Positions 37,670-50,037 of a stretch of DNA of 64,000 bases are shown in pieces. Location of the stretch: positions 1-64,000 of the forward strand of contig KZ538471.1 of NCBI GenBank assembly GCA_000934665.2, read 5' to 3'. The stretch's first letter is position 1. Every line of letters starts with the position of its first letter. The notes beneath the pieces were generated by a model, which did not search any database, was not told the origin of the DNA, and saw only the letters and a program-made list of their open reading frames with translations. Position numbers and translations under genes: made by a program. The DNA comes from Catajapyx aquilonaris (Eukaryota).

Positions 37670-39099
37670 TGTCACCAAGGTAACTTATAATTCAGCTGTT
37701 AAAGTTTTTTGTTCAAAGTTCATTGAATATTCCAAGGAAAACGTGAGTCGATCTTTCCCCTTTTGTTGGATCGTACCCTCTTGATATTTTAAAGTTCAAA
37801 TCTCGCTTTGCAGTCAGTATTCCTCCCACACACCTATACATAGTTTAGTGAGGAGATGAAAATGTGGATTACTGAAGTTCTAAAGGAAGAGCCCACCATA
37901 TCACCTTATCTCGACCCACATCTAAGTGCGATAATTGCAAGTAAGGCGAGGGAAGGTGGGGAAAACAAATGTTTACTCCATATTGCACAAATCCATATTG
38001 TCACTGTTGCAGTGTATCTGACAACCAATAATAAGGATTTGGCAAGTCATTCCTAGTAACTCGCCTTACAACCTGGTCCGAATGAAGCTGTTTGTAATGA
38101 AACAGCTGCATGGACTGTCAAGTCTGGCCCCTGACATCCCTGCATTATGTGGGCCTAGGGTGGCGCATAGGTTAACTACCTTCCAGGATATTATACTGAA
38201 GGCCGTTCTCTTAGTGACTATCGGGATCTCAGGAAACATTGACCAAAGTTGCCTCCTTTATGAGTCTTCATGCATGTAGCGTGAGAAACATTCTGAAATA
38301 TATCGATACGTAACTTTGAACAAATCCTAAGTTTTTCCTACTCTATATATACGCATGTAATGGAATAGTTTTATCTGTATGTCGAACTCGGGCATGATCC
38401 GTCGAGTTGCTTAATGAGGCATGTTGCATTTCATAAATACACATACGCAAAACTCGTTTTTAAGGGCAGAACACGATGATCTATACTGTACTATCGGCCT
38501 TGGTAAATACCAAATATCCTGCGAAGTGGACAGACAAGAAGCGAGGTTTGGAGATTCCAACCCACAAGCAATAAATATAACCTAACACTTTCTGCTCCTA
38601 GTTTCTATAGAGAATGTACGTAACACCATATATTCTCAGATTTTACACACAGTGTCAGTGTTTCCTGCTTCACTTAGTGCGAGGGTAAAGCTGTATGAGA
38701 CATTTTCCACGTCTTAGAACTCGGTTGCCGCATAGTTCCATTCCGCAATCATTTGCAAGGAGGGAGGCCAGAACTTTGAAACCCGAGTGTTAATTCCTTG
38801 GAACGCCTGCTGGTACAGTCATTAACTTATATTATCCCCTCCATGGTGCTTCGTCTTAAACTATTGTACTTCTTGATATCATTAAAGCTCAAGCTCATGC
38901 CGGTTCAATCGGGTTTTACCTACCTGATTACATTTGTCTCATTCTGGCCTCTTATCTGGTCGCATACTCTGAACTTCCCCCCGGCTCCCATTGACCCAGT
39001 GTTCATTCACTTTGCTCCATAACTGCTGTGCGAGCTACAGTATATACGATCGCGTGTGGTATGACTGATGCTTAACCAACACGACAATTTTATTTCCAG

Positions 39100-39188
39100 A
39101 TGAAGTATAATGCATGAGCAGCTGGTGTCATCATTCTCAGCCGCATCAGGATTACCATCATCATCAACGTCCTCGTCAGCACCATTGG
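39100..39188 (+). CDS. candidate 89-nt exon containing a start codon; product unknown (MHEQLVSSFSAASGLPSSSTSSSAPL from 39110, or MSSWCHHSQPHQDYHHHQRPRQHHW from 39114)
   Basis: Branch-like CTTAAC (39071-39076), acceptor AATTTTATTTCCAG (AG 39098-39099), donor TGG|GTGAGT (39189-39194). TCA/CAT-rich triplet structure is confined to the interval between the splice sites. Confidence 0.5.
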
Positions 39189-42100
39189 GTGAGTTTTGAT
39201 TGCTTTCAAATGCTCTTTCTGCACTTCAGCCCTGCCCAAAAATCTCGCTTGTGCCCCACTTGGCCCTCCATATATTTTTTCTCTCTCTCACTCACTTTCT
39301 CCCTACCAGCCATGTCGAAGGCCCGTTTAGATAGGTGGGAACTGAATCCCAGCCCCATAAAAGGCTGCTCGAGAAAGTGCACAGTAGCGCTCACATTTAG
39401 GTGGCAGATAAGCTCCCGATTGGGGAGTTATTGGAAAAAGCCCTTTGTAGCGTTGTTGCTTCTCCCGGGAACAATAATTCCTAATCTGGATGCCTTTTGT
39501 GGAGAGGTCAATGCCAGGCGATAAAGCAATGAAATTCCGCGGGTTCGGCCACTCTAAGGGTATGTTCTGAATCTGCGCATTTTCATTTTCAGATAATCCC
39601 AGGGCTGATAGGTTGATCACACATCACCGGCTAGTGCGCTTTGAATCAATTTAGCCTGGGTACAAGATATGGATAGGGGAGACAAAAAAAAACGAGCTTT
39701 TGTTGAAGGCCAAACAGTGTAAATTTATTTTAACTCCGGGGTTTATCGCACGCCGGATAAGGAATGTAAGCGCATTCACAATAGAGTCGGGCCTCTTGTA
39801 TAGTGTGTTATGTCTACGAGCACTTGCCATCTGGCCACAGTAACCTGGTGCCCTTTAAAAAAGTTGTGCTTGTTGTCGCCGGCCCGAGGTCAATTTGCTT
39901 GAACCGGCCGAGTACCGTTTTGAGGACGATTTCGTCACGATGCGGTTAACGTGCTAATTGGACGCAGGCGTTGATTTCCCGCTTTGGTCCTACCAATTGA
40001 CATTTCAAGCGTAATGCCAGCGAACATGATATCCCGGTTATATAGGAGGAAAGCGTAAAGCACGAAACTATTCCCAAATTCCACCGAAAACAGAGCTAAA
40101 TCCGTGCATCTCATTAGCGTTAGGAACAGGAAATGGGAGTCCGCCTTATGTCCCTATAGAGCTCCAGAAGCCATGACCTTTGCCAGAAATGCGCTGTCGC
40201 CGTGGTACATTGTTCCCCGCGACAAATCGTTACAGCGGTCTAGAGTCAGGCTCTGAATAGGGATTGATGCAGCTTTTGTAACCCCCAACACTGTTTTTTT
40301 GAATTTTCCCGCTCTGACAGGATGAACGTACCCGAAGTCATTCGCTTACAAACACGGAAATGCACGAGAAACTACATGACTTTGAGTTATGGCTGAAGTT
40401 GTGTAAGTCCCTTGACGCACTAAAGGTCACCCTGTGCCTCAAGGACGTGCGCAGGTTTTGCTGTAAATTTTTTTGCTAATGAACCAAACCCGCAATTACT
40501 TTGTCGCGAGGTCTCTGCTGAATGCATGAAATTAAGAACACTTTTCCTGAAACTGCGGCCAGCATTTATGTCATTAGGCCCGGTCATTAGCGATAATTAT
40601 GAGAAATGGGTTGCTGACTCCTGCTGACTAGAGACTTTTTTTTTTTTTGACGTGTCAGAGCGGTTTGCGAACTTTGTAACGTATGTTTTTTAAGGACGCC
40701 AGCTGGTGTGCGAAATTGGAGACTTATGTGTATAACTGAATATATCGAGTGGCTTTCACGCAATTTGGCACATAGCAACACTAACACGTCCTGCTCAGTA
40801 TAGAATTGGTCACCATGGCAAAATATTTGATTTGTCTGGGATCTGCAGCATTTTGCAGTGTATTACTTAGAGTTGCGTCGGGCGTTGACTGTTATACAAA
40901 AGCAATTAACTGACCTGGAAATGATATCCTATACATGCACATGATGTTGCTGTAATTTACAAAGTATGTGTAGTCATTGGACGTGGCTTGAGGGAAACAC
41001 ATGAACATATTAACTTTTTTTGAACCCCCTGCAATAGGCGCTGTTGTTGCAAGTGACGTTGCTTCATTTGTTGACGAATGCTCTGGGAAGGAGGAAAAAC
41101 GGTCGAAGGATATAACTATGCATTTCCATTTGCCTTAGATTACCTTGCCCTGTTGCATAACAGGGCGGAGCTTTGGGTGGATGATGCATGATACCCCCCA
41201 TTCCCTTTCCTATATCCCCATTTTAGAATCGAGTCCAATATCTTATTACGTACGGGAGCATGCAAGCAGCCGGCTATTGGAACTATCCGAAATGGTGCTG
41301 GCACACAGCGTGTTTGAAGGCTGGATTTGGCGTGCCACCTGGAACACATGTGCAACGCCATTTGCGGAATGATGGATGTTTATATAGAAAATGGGGGGTT
41401 AAAACTGTTTACGATGCTGGCAGTTGGATTATTCGCGCAGAAGAGATGAAAATGAATGATTTCCCACTTTTCAAAGAGATGTGCTGCTGCTGCGCAACTG
41501 GTACTCTCATTAATTCCATTATATTGCCGTGTTTGCATGGAGGAGGAATATTTTTGTACGCTTGCTGGATCTTTGCAAACCAAACAAGTGATTTAATTGC
41601 GGTTTGGAAATTGAGGCCATGTCGCAGTTATTCAGAACAAGCCCGGATTAAGCTGGTTTCCCTCCGGCCCTTTTTCGCAGAAAAGCATCACAACAATCGT
41701 TATGAGATTACGGGCTGAATCAAATCACATTAACATTAACATTCAATTTAAGTTCCGCATGCAGTGGGAACTCCTGTCATCTAGCAATCAAACGAGGGCA
41801 GCAATTAAGATTATATGCCGGTAGTCATTGCGTGATTTTGCATACTGGCACTCAAGATATATAGGTTGTTCCGCAATTATACCGACAAACTTATCCGGTT
41901 CATTCATGTGATGTAGAGAATCACTTATTGTATGTAGGTGCCATTTGATATCCTCACTCTCGTTACAGAGACAATGAGCTACAACCATAAGGTGTAGAAT
42001 AGCCTGGCACATAGACAGAAACAGCATCAAGTGTCCTGTAATTTTCATCTTCAGTATAGTAAGGAAATTTGCACACTCTCTCACGTGCAAGGCCTGTCGC

Positions 42101-43484
42101 ATCGCCATAAATTAGGGAGATAATCTCTGATTAAGTACAGTGAATACCTTGGTGAATACCTACAAATAATGTGATCTATTCCCTAACGTGCTTTGATGCA
42201 ATCCTAAATTACATCATGGTAACAGTTGTAAAAAATATTGCTTAGGTACACTAATAAATTACTACTAGTTTATTGTTACGCGAAATTTATTTTAAAATTC
42301 CATGCATAACTTGGCAAAACACCGACTTTGCCTTGGACAATTTTCTGGTCACGTTCGGGTCACGCGCACTAAAATGCAACTCTCGCTGATCTCAACTGCA
42401 CTAATGTTTTTGTCAACATCATGCCGAGCAAGTCGTTGGGCAATTAAACTTCTGGAAAGCCTCTGGACAAATTTATATGCAAGGGAACGTGCCTGTTATA
42501 ATTTTTTTTTTGCATGGTCGAGACCTCCCGTCTTTTCAAATAATTCTGGAATGGTAGAAAGAGATCTTTTCGCTATAAAACCAGGATGACATGCCTTCCG
42601 TTCGATGGGATCCTTTTTGGAGATGCCCAAGGGAAGTTCGCAGTTCCCAAAAAAGGAGCCGGGAGGGGGGGGGATGGGCTTAAAAAAAGTTGCAAGGGGG
42701 TTCAAAAAGGGAAAAAGTTGGGGCTGTTTGGGCGCGCCGCTCAGCCCGACGGCGCCTTCAACCCACAACTTTCGCCAAAACAGCGTTTTCCGAAGCCGAT
42801 GCTTTTGCTCTGTACAAACATTCACGCAAAAGCACTTTAAAATTGTCCGCACCCTAACCTTTTGACTCAGTTTCGGAGCCGAAATTTTTGGGGTCAGTTT
42901 GGCAAAAAAAAAAAAAAAAAAGTGCGATATATAGGAAGGATGGGTTTGGAATAAGGATGGGCGGGGGAATGTTGGGCATGTGAGTTATATAAGGATGGTT
43001 GGTGGGGTTATCCTTGAAAGCTCGAAATGAAGGCCATTTGCCCCCTCTTCCCTACTACTACACTATACCCCCCCTCTCCGAACCCATCTACTTCGGGACC
43101 ACGTCGGTATAATAACCTTGGGCCAGCCTGCTGGACGATAACACATGTTGCAGTCGGATGAAAATTAGCTCATTCGTCATACCCGCACTGCGTAGCACTT
43201 GTCTCATGGAAATATGGGCATTCAATGTTAATGCAGATTAATACCTGTTTTTCGTGGGCTGATGGATCAACCTGTTTTCCCCTGGGGGCGACTTACAGAC
43301 CTGGAGAGATGTCATCTAATTACAAAACTTGGCAATTAGACGCCGAATAGGTGGAAAATGCAACTAATTCCAAATTGAAGTTGCTGGTAAACACTTTCCA
43401 AGTGAGCTGAAGCGTTATTTTTTGCAACCCCAGTTCATATTTGCGAAATGATAAAAATAGCCACTTCGCAATCTTGATAACATG

Positions 43485-43507
43485 TCATCATCATCATCAC
43501 CACCACC

Positions 43508-43573
<66 letters not shown>

Positions 43574-43575
43574 TA
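43485..43575. repeat. compound (TCA)n(CCA)n(AAT)n microsatellite
   Basis: Seen directly. Confidence 0.95.
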
Positions 43576-46500
43576 GCCCGCCATATTTTGCAAGTCAAAT
43601 TAAATTGAGAATTACTGAGTGGTATGCATAAAATGAAAATAAAAAATTTTAATCTTCGGTACCGGTATGTATTGTGTGCACATGCCGCAGGTTTCAGTCA
43701 CGTTTTGTGCATTAGAAGCTTTTTAGAGCAATCCGTAACTTGTACAAGTCAGACCTACCCCAATATTATTACTTTTTCATTACATTTCCGGAACATGACA
43801 GACTCGTTTATGTAACAACGAGGGCAGTCCTCTTTTTTTATTCTCAGTACAATCCCGGATTTAGCACTCCCCGATTCCATGATTATATGTATCTGTCACA
43901 TGCTTCCCTATCGCTTTGCGTCACACTTGCACGGTACAGTACGTGTTGAGATCATAGACAGCAATCGGAAGCTGCTTTTCCTGCAGGATGACACACGTAT
44001 AGGCGAAGAACCCCATTAGAGAAGGCCGGAGAGATAGGACACCGCACGAGGGGAAAAAAAGCGACGTTTGCGGTTGGTTGTATGAGAGCATCCGTATCTT
44101 CTCGATATAGACCAACGTGAGGAATGACCTCGACCCTTCCAGGGGCAATGTCGTCTCGTCCTTGCCTCGATCGACACCCAACGCAACGTAATAAATGGGG
44201 AAGCTGCCAGGAAATTGTGCACATTTTTTTTCTTGTATGTGTATGAGCTGGCCAGGGTTCTTTTCCGGTGAGACAGCTGTACGTGTGAGGAAACGTGGTA
44301 AAAAAAAAGATAAAAAGGGTCGGGTTGCCGGGTGCAGTTTTTTTGTTGAGACGCTCTGGCTACTCCAGTTTCCTGATATGCAATAACAGATAGGGGAAGG
44401 CGGGTCAGTGTCGAGTTGATGCAAGATTTGTCAGCTGCTTTTTAGAGGGCAGCCATCAGGATTGCTTGGGAGGGAATGTTGGTCACGTTGATGATCTGGG
44501 TTGTGCATAAAAATTGTGATAAGCTGCTACTTACGTATTAGAGGGATTTGCACAATGCTAAAGCTGGACAATGTTACAGTTCAGGATTTAATCATTATCC
44601 ATGATATGCTTTTGTTTTTGTTAGTACAGTACAACTTTTCTGCTAACAAAAACATGAGCATGCGTGGATAATGTTTAATTCGTATGAGGTTAATATTCGC
44701 GTATATGTGACGTCATTATTATAGGGCGAGCAGTGACAAAATGCCCCACGCGTATAGCCCCGAGGCAAGCAATGACTCAATGCCTTTGGTGTAGTGTTTC
44801 ACGCCTATTATCGCACACCCCTGGTCATTATACTGTACCTTGTTACCTGGTATGGTCTCATTCAATGCCACTTAGAATGGGTATTGACATTATTCCCCCA
44901 GGTGAATAGTCCCTGCATCCATTACATACTGGAGTAAAATTCTTTAAACGTGTTTACGAAAGGCACAGCTGAACAAAGGTGCGGATATGTTGTCGGGAAA
45001 CATAATATTCTATATAGTTAGGTCAGTGAATTAGTTCACTGGCCACGATGGATCCATACACTGCACTGGAAGTGTATAGGTTTGAATATGAAAAGGTAAT
45101 TTTATGGCCCAGCATACACTGACGATGTGTATTAGACGTGGTTCATTACTGCCTAAAAACAAAGTCGATATTGCGAATCTCACTCCGTTGCTCGTAATAA
45201 ATGATGCATTGTAAATACAATTAGCGTTGTAGACTATACACTGGTGTTATTATCCTGCACAGGGAGCATGCTGAGTTATTCAAAGATATATAGGTATAGT
45301 TGCTATATATTTTTCGGAACTCCAGTGCAAGCACCTTTTTTGTTGAAAATTCGATCAATAACAGTGCGCAGCCCTGTTTCTCTTCATTATATCCACTTTA
45401 GTCGAGCCTGTTAAATGGCTATTTTGTGTCCAATAAAACGTTCCACACTTGAAGAACCGAGAATAATAAGCGGGCATTGCCGCTTATGATCACGAATTCA
45501 TGATGGGATTTTGACCACGTGCTGAGGCTTCATTCAACCAGAATCGGAAAAATAATAATAATAAAAAAAGTCCAGAGTTAGCATATGGATTTGATTTTTA
45601 GGGTATGCACCTGCCACGTATACGTGCAAAATGGCACAGTTTGTCTGGGTGTTGTAATAGTGGAAATAAATGTGGGACGTGTTTCGGACAGAAATGATTT
45701 TACAATTGGACGCTTTTGGATAGCATCAACCACAGGTCCGTGATTAAAACAGGATTGACCCCCCCCCCCTCCCCCTTCCATTGGCCCCCTTCAGCAGGGG
45801 GTGGGTTAATATCGTAAAGTTAACGCAGCTCATTTGAATCCTATTTGGTCGAGAGGGGAATTTTATTTATTTGACGCTGTCCGTTTGCCTCTGGCCCTGC
45901 AAATATTCGAGCATAAGTGCCAGTAATGAATTTCCAGTGTCTACACTGTTGTTGGGGGACGCCACAAAAAAATAGAGCTCAATTTGTCACATGATGGTGC
46001 AGTCGAATCATTAGCGGCAGTGTTTTAACACGCTGAACAAACGAGTGGTTGTCGTGACTGTTATTGAAATGCACTAGAGTTCTAGGCCCCCATTTTAGAA
46101 ATAGCATGACGTTTGGGCATATAGTTTATGACAACACCAGTTGGCGCTAGGATCGATCCTGGATACTTACCACAGGAGACACGCCTCCAGCGGTGAGGCT
46201 TAGCAATGACGATACTTGTGACAGGGCTTCATTCCCACGAATGAGTTTTCTCAGCCCTTCGTCGCAGATGGGGTCCCCCCCATCCGGATACGCGACTTTA
46301 CCCGGAATTTTTAAAACGCGCGTTTCTGCTGATCCGGGTAATAAAAACCGGTTTACCTTTCCTAGAAACACAAGACGCAGTCGCGATTTTTCATCCTATT
46401 TCGGTCCATCGTATTCGTGAGGACGTACCTTAAGTCGTGGGTCACGATTCTTGGGCATCAACGATACGGTTTTTGACGGGATTTTTCGGCTCACATGCCG

Positions 46501-47614
46501 TATATGGCTAGCTTGGTCGGAGTGCTGGCGAAGATGTGAAGATGCTGTTTTTTTTTGTTTTTGTTTTATAGGATAGGTGTGCAAGCTGAGTGCATTGGAG
46601 AGTGGACAGATAATGGTGAGTGAGGGGGTGACCCTGAGAAGGCAGCCAAGCATCCAAAATGGATGACGGGAATGCACCCATGCTCGGTTTAGAGCACCTT
46701 TCGTCATAGATATTCTGGACAGTTCTTTTTCACCCTGTGTATATTGGCAACAGTGCGGGATTTACACACCTTTGTGAAACAAATTTAATATTAACGCTGT
46801 AGCACTACTTAATCTGCAAGATGAGGTTGAAATCCTTGGGGTTTTTAAGATCCCCCGCCGCTTGCGAACTGCGATGGGGAAGGGGTAGGGGGTACAGCAT
46901 AATGAGGTTCATTAAGCGATGCAAATGCGAGTCTATCATCGGCGGATAATTCCATATGCACATCCAATTAGCGGCGGATGGCCCCTAGCAGGGATGGAGC
47001 CCATTGTGGGATATTGTTCGCAAGCGGCGAGAATATTTCGATTCTCATTTAACATCTAGGATATGGTTATAGGCTACCGAAATTTTTGCGGGGGATCAAA
47101 CTTTACTGCTCCGTTTACGTGGAGGTTAAAAATGCGCTAAATGTCCTCGCAGGTAAGGGCAAGAGGTGTCCTCGTGTAGAAAATATAGGAAAATTTCATC
47201 AACAACACGTGGGGCTTGCAACGTTGGAGTTGGCCAAAAGGCAACTTGCAAGGTGATGGAGATGCGTGTGATTACGTACCTGCGGTGCACAGGCTCATTA
47301 ATTGTGCCTTGGTCCCCTGCCTAGATGTCAGTCTGATCACAAAAGGGTCTGAATGCATTTGGCGAAACTGTCCCCCGGAGTTAAACACGTGGCTCGCCCA
47401 TGCCCTTTTAAATATCTCAGCATGGCTATCATCACGTCAAGCAAAAATGTTATAAGGAGGAAAAATAAGGGCATTGGTACGTTGTCGACGCCCTTTCCTT
47501 ACGTCCATTGTGTTTTCGCCTCATCGGTGATAGGGGAGTGCTGGTGCAGTTATCTTCATCTTATATGGGAAATGGACGTTACCCCTCGTGCAGGCCGGTT
47601 ATTTTCACATGCTC

Positions 47615-47685
47615 GTGACGTCAGGGCACTTAGTTTGCAAATTCACCGAGTTGTAGAACAATCGGCTATTAGGTGTGACGTCAGG
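47615..47685. promoter_or_regulatory. paired CRE-type palindromes 60 bp apart
   Basis: GTGACGTCAGG at 47615 and 47675. Confidence 0.3.
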
Positions 47686-48232
47686 ACCGAGGCTTCTTAA
47701 CATCCAGCTAGCGAGAGATAGAGAGACTTATTGGGGGCGAACATGAGCAGGGGGCACGTGTCCAGGGAGGAATTTCACGGGCGACAAACAGACTGCACTA
47801 TGCCATTAGGGATGCAAATATGCTGCATATGTGCCGTTTGGGTCTATTTTGAGCAGTTTTGGCCATAAGTCATGCACTCGTTTCAGCCTCGAAATCGTGT
47901 GTAAAGAGTGACTACTGGTTATGTTTTATTACGTGAGACATGGAAAGTACGGTAGCTCACACACACATGGGTCTATTTTAACCAGATAGTTGATGAGCAT
48001 ATTTTTAATGCTATTGCGTGGTTAGAACTATTGTCCGTGAATTACGTACAAGGGAAAGTAGGTAACGTACTTTAAATTGTGCACATTTATTTGCATGAAG
48101 AGCCCAAATTGCTGGGATAAGAAGTGAAAGTGCAATATTTACTAGTTTTCAAGACAACAAGCTGAAATATTTATACACTTGTGTAAATGTTGGTCAGTAT
48201 TTTCACGCCCCTATTGTTAAAGCCTGCATATA

Positions 48233-48609
48233 CAGGGTGGACCAACTTCAAGTGTCGTTTTATAACGGCGATTCATAGCAGTGATTTTGCGATGACGTAG
48301 CAGCGATGTGTAAAATGTCCCACGTCGGCGCCATCGAAAATATTAGCTGCCAATAGCAGCTCACGTGTAATCAACCCTGCTGCTGGGTTGACCTGGAAAA
48401 AAGTAGGTGCACACATGACCTGAGATGCGCCTGGGTGAAATGGGTGACGCCCAAGGCACCAGATGGACCTGTAATGCAGTAGGCCTACATGTGTGCTGCT
48501 ATTGGCAGCTAATATTTTCGATGGCGCCCGAAGTGGGCCATTTTACACGTCGCTGCTACGTTAATCGTATAAAGCGTTATAAAACGACACTTGAAGTTGG
48601 TCCACCATG
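48233..48609. mobile_element. Tc1/mariner-type MITE, 377 bp, ~125-135-bp TIRs
   Basis: TA|CAGGGTGGACCAACTTCAAGTGTCGTTTTATAACG ... CGTTATAAAACGACACTTGAAGTTGGTCCACCATG|TA; arms about 48233-48369 and 48486-48609. Confidence 0.92.
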
Positions 48610-49989
48610 TAGAGACAAAAAGCAATCGAGCTCGTACTCCTGATTTCACTGACTCTAACAGTGTGAATTTAACGCCCACCTGAACCCCTTTTCAGACTAT
48701 CAGACAGGTGTTAATCACTGGGTGCAAAAATCTAAGCTGAAGTGATGGAGAGGCAGGAGGTGTGTCAAGTCCTCCCTAAGGAGCGGCCCAGTGGTTTTAT
48801 CCGCCGTATACCGCCATTCCCGAAAGGGATGTAGTCTATTGCAAAACTCGTCCTACGATGAGGCAAGTTAATAAATGATTCAAGAAATTAGGACGAAAAT
48901 TAGGTTCACGCGGTTCAGTTCGGACACTTTTAATGCAAACGAGTTTTTTTAAATGACTGTACTTTATTCTCGCGATTTAACCGGCAAGGCTTTGTCGTGT
49001 GGAAAATACACACTCTTATTTTTAGAGGTTTTACTCTAGATAGCAGTATCTGTTACATCAACCATGAAATACGTTTTTTTTGAGGAAGAAAATATATTTT
49101 GTCGAAATGATTTGTTGCGGTAATGTTTGTTGTTGGCGGTCTGGTATTGGTTTCATTCGGGAAAGTTCCTCTTTTTTTCTTGTGATAGTACTGGGTGATT
49201 AAATTATTATTAATTCATTGCCGTTGTTTACTTTGTATGTTTAGAAAAGTAATTGGCATAAATAATTCACAGCGGAGTTTGACAATGTTGAACTTTTTAG
49301 TTGAGGAATATCAGATTGCCACGTGGCATTTATTTAACAAAAACTGCTTACTCATTGAAGTATGGATACACACCGACAATAACTTTTGACCCACGGGAAG
49401 AAATATGCAAATGCGAGCAAAAAGCCTGGTTGCCTGTTTGATCCCTGAAATTAATATTTGCATATTTGTTCTTGGCCATCCACACTGTTCCTAATGAATT
49501 CTAACCACCTCTCCGTGCCCTGTTGCAATTTTGCTCCCATGATTAATGAGCAGACCCTAGATGGCTCCAATTTAGTGGGCAGTACAGGACGAGAGATGCG
49601 GCAGATATGGGCGTACCTATTATTATACACCCGCGCCCAAAGTCTGGCAAGGATTATGCCGGTGCTGATACCTCCTGTAGGCTAGAAATGAGCTGATTGA
49701 CAGGTAATTACCTGCAGGCTTAGCTCCCCCGCCCAGTCGGGGTTTAGTGGTCCGCATATTATGCTGTGCAATGGTGAGGGAAGAGTCCAACGAACTGCCA
49801 AGGTGATGAAGAAGTGTGCGTTTTATTAATCTGCAGGCTTCCCAAACTCACAATGGAAAGCATGGGTGACAAATGAGCGTTGAGTTGGGGTCGGAGTGAC
49901 AGGGAGGCGGTCTGAGGGCTTTAATCTGATTCCATTTGCGTTGTTTATCTCGCCGTCCTAATAAGCAATCTACATGTTTCTATTTCAAG

Positions 49990-50037
49990 GAGATGGCTAC
50001 GGGGGAGTTGGGAAGTCTTTTATGGCACGTGTGCAAG
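49990..50037 (+). CDS. weak candidate 48-nt phase 1-1 exon (DGYGGVGKSFMARVQ)
   Basis: Acceptor GTTTCTATTTCAAG (the uncommon AAG type) and donor AAG|GTAACG; the frame contains GxxxxGKS. Confidence 0.12.

Noticed and set aside
46572..46615. Exon-like unit (poly-T acceptor, GTGAGT donor)
   Set aside because: Stops in both phases compatible with the 39188 donor, and the T tract is one of many homopolymer runs.
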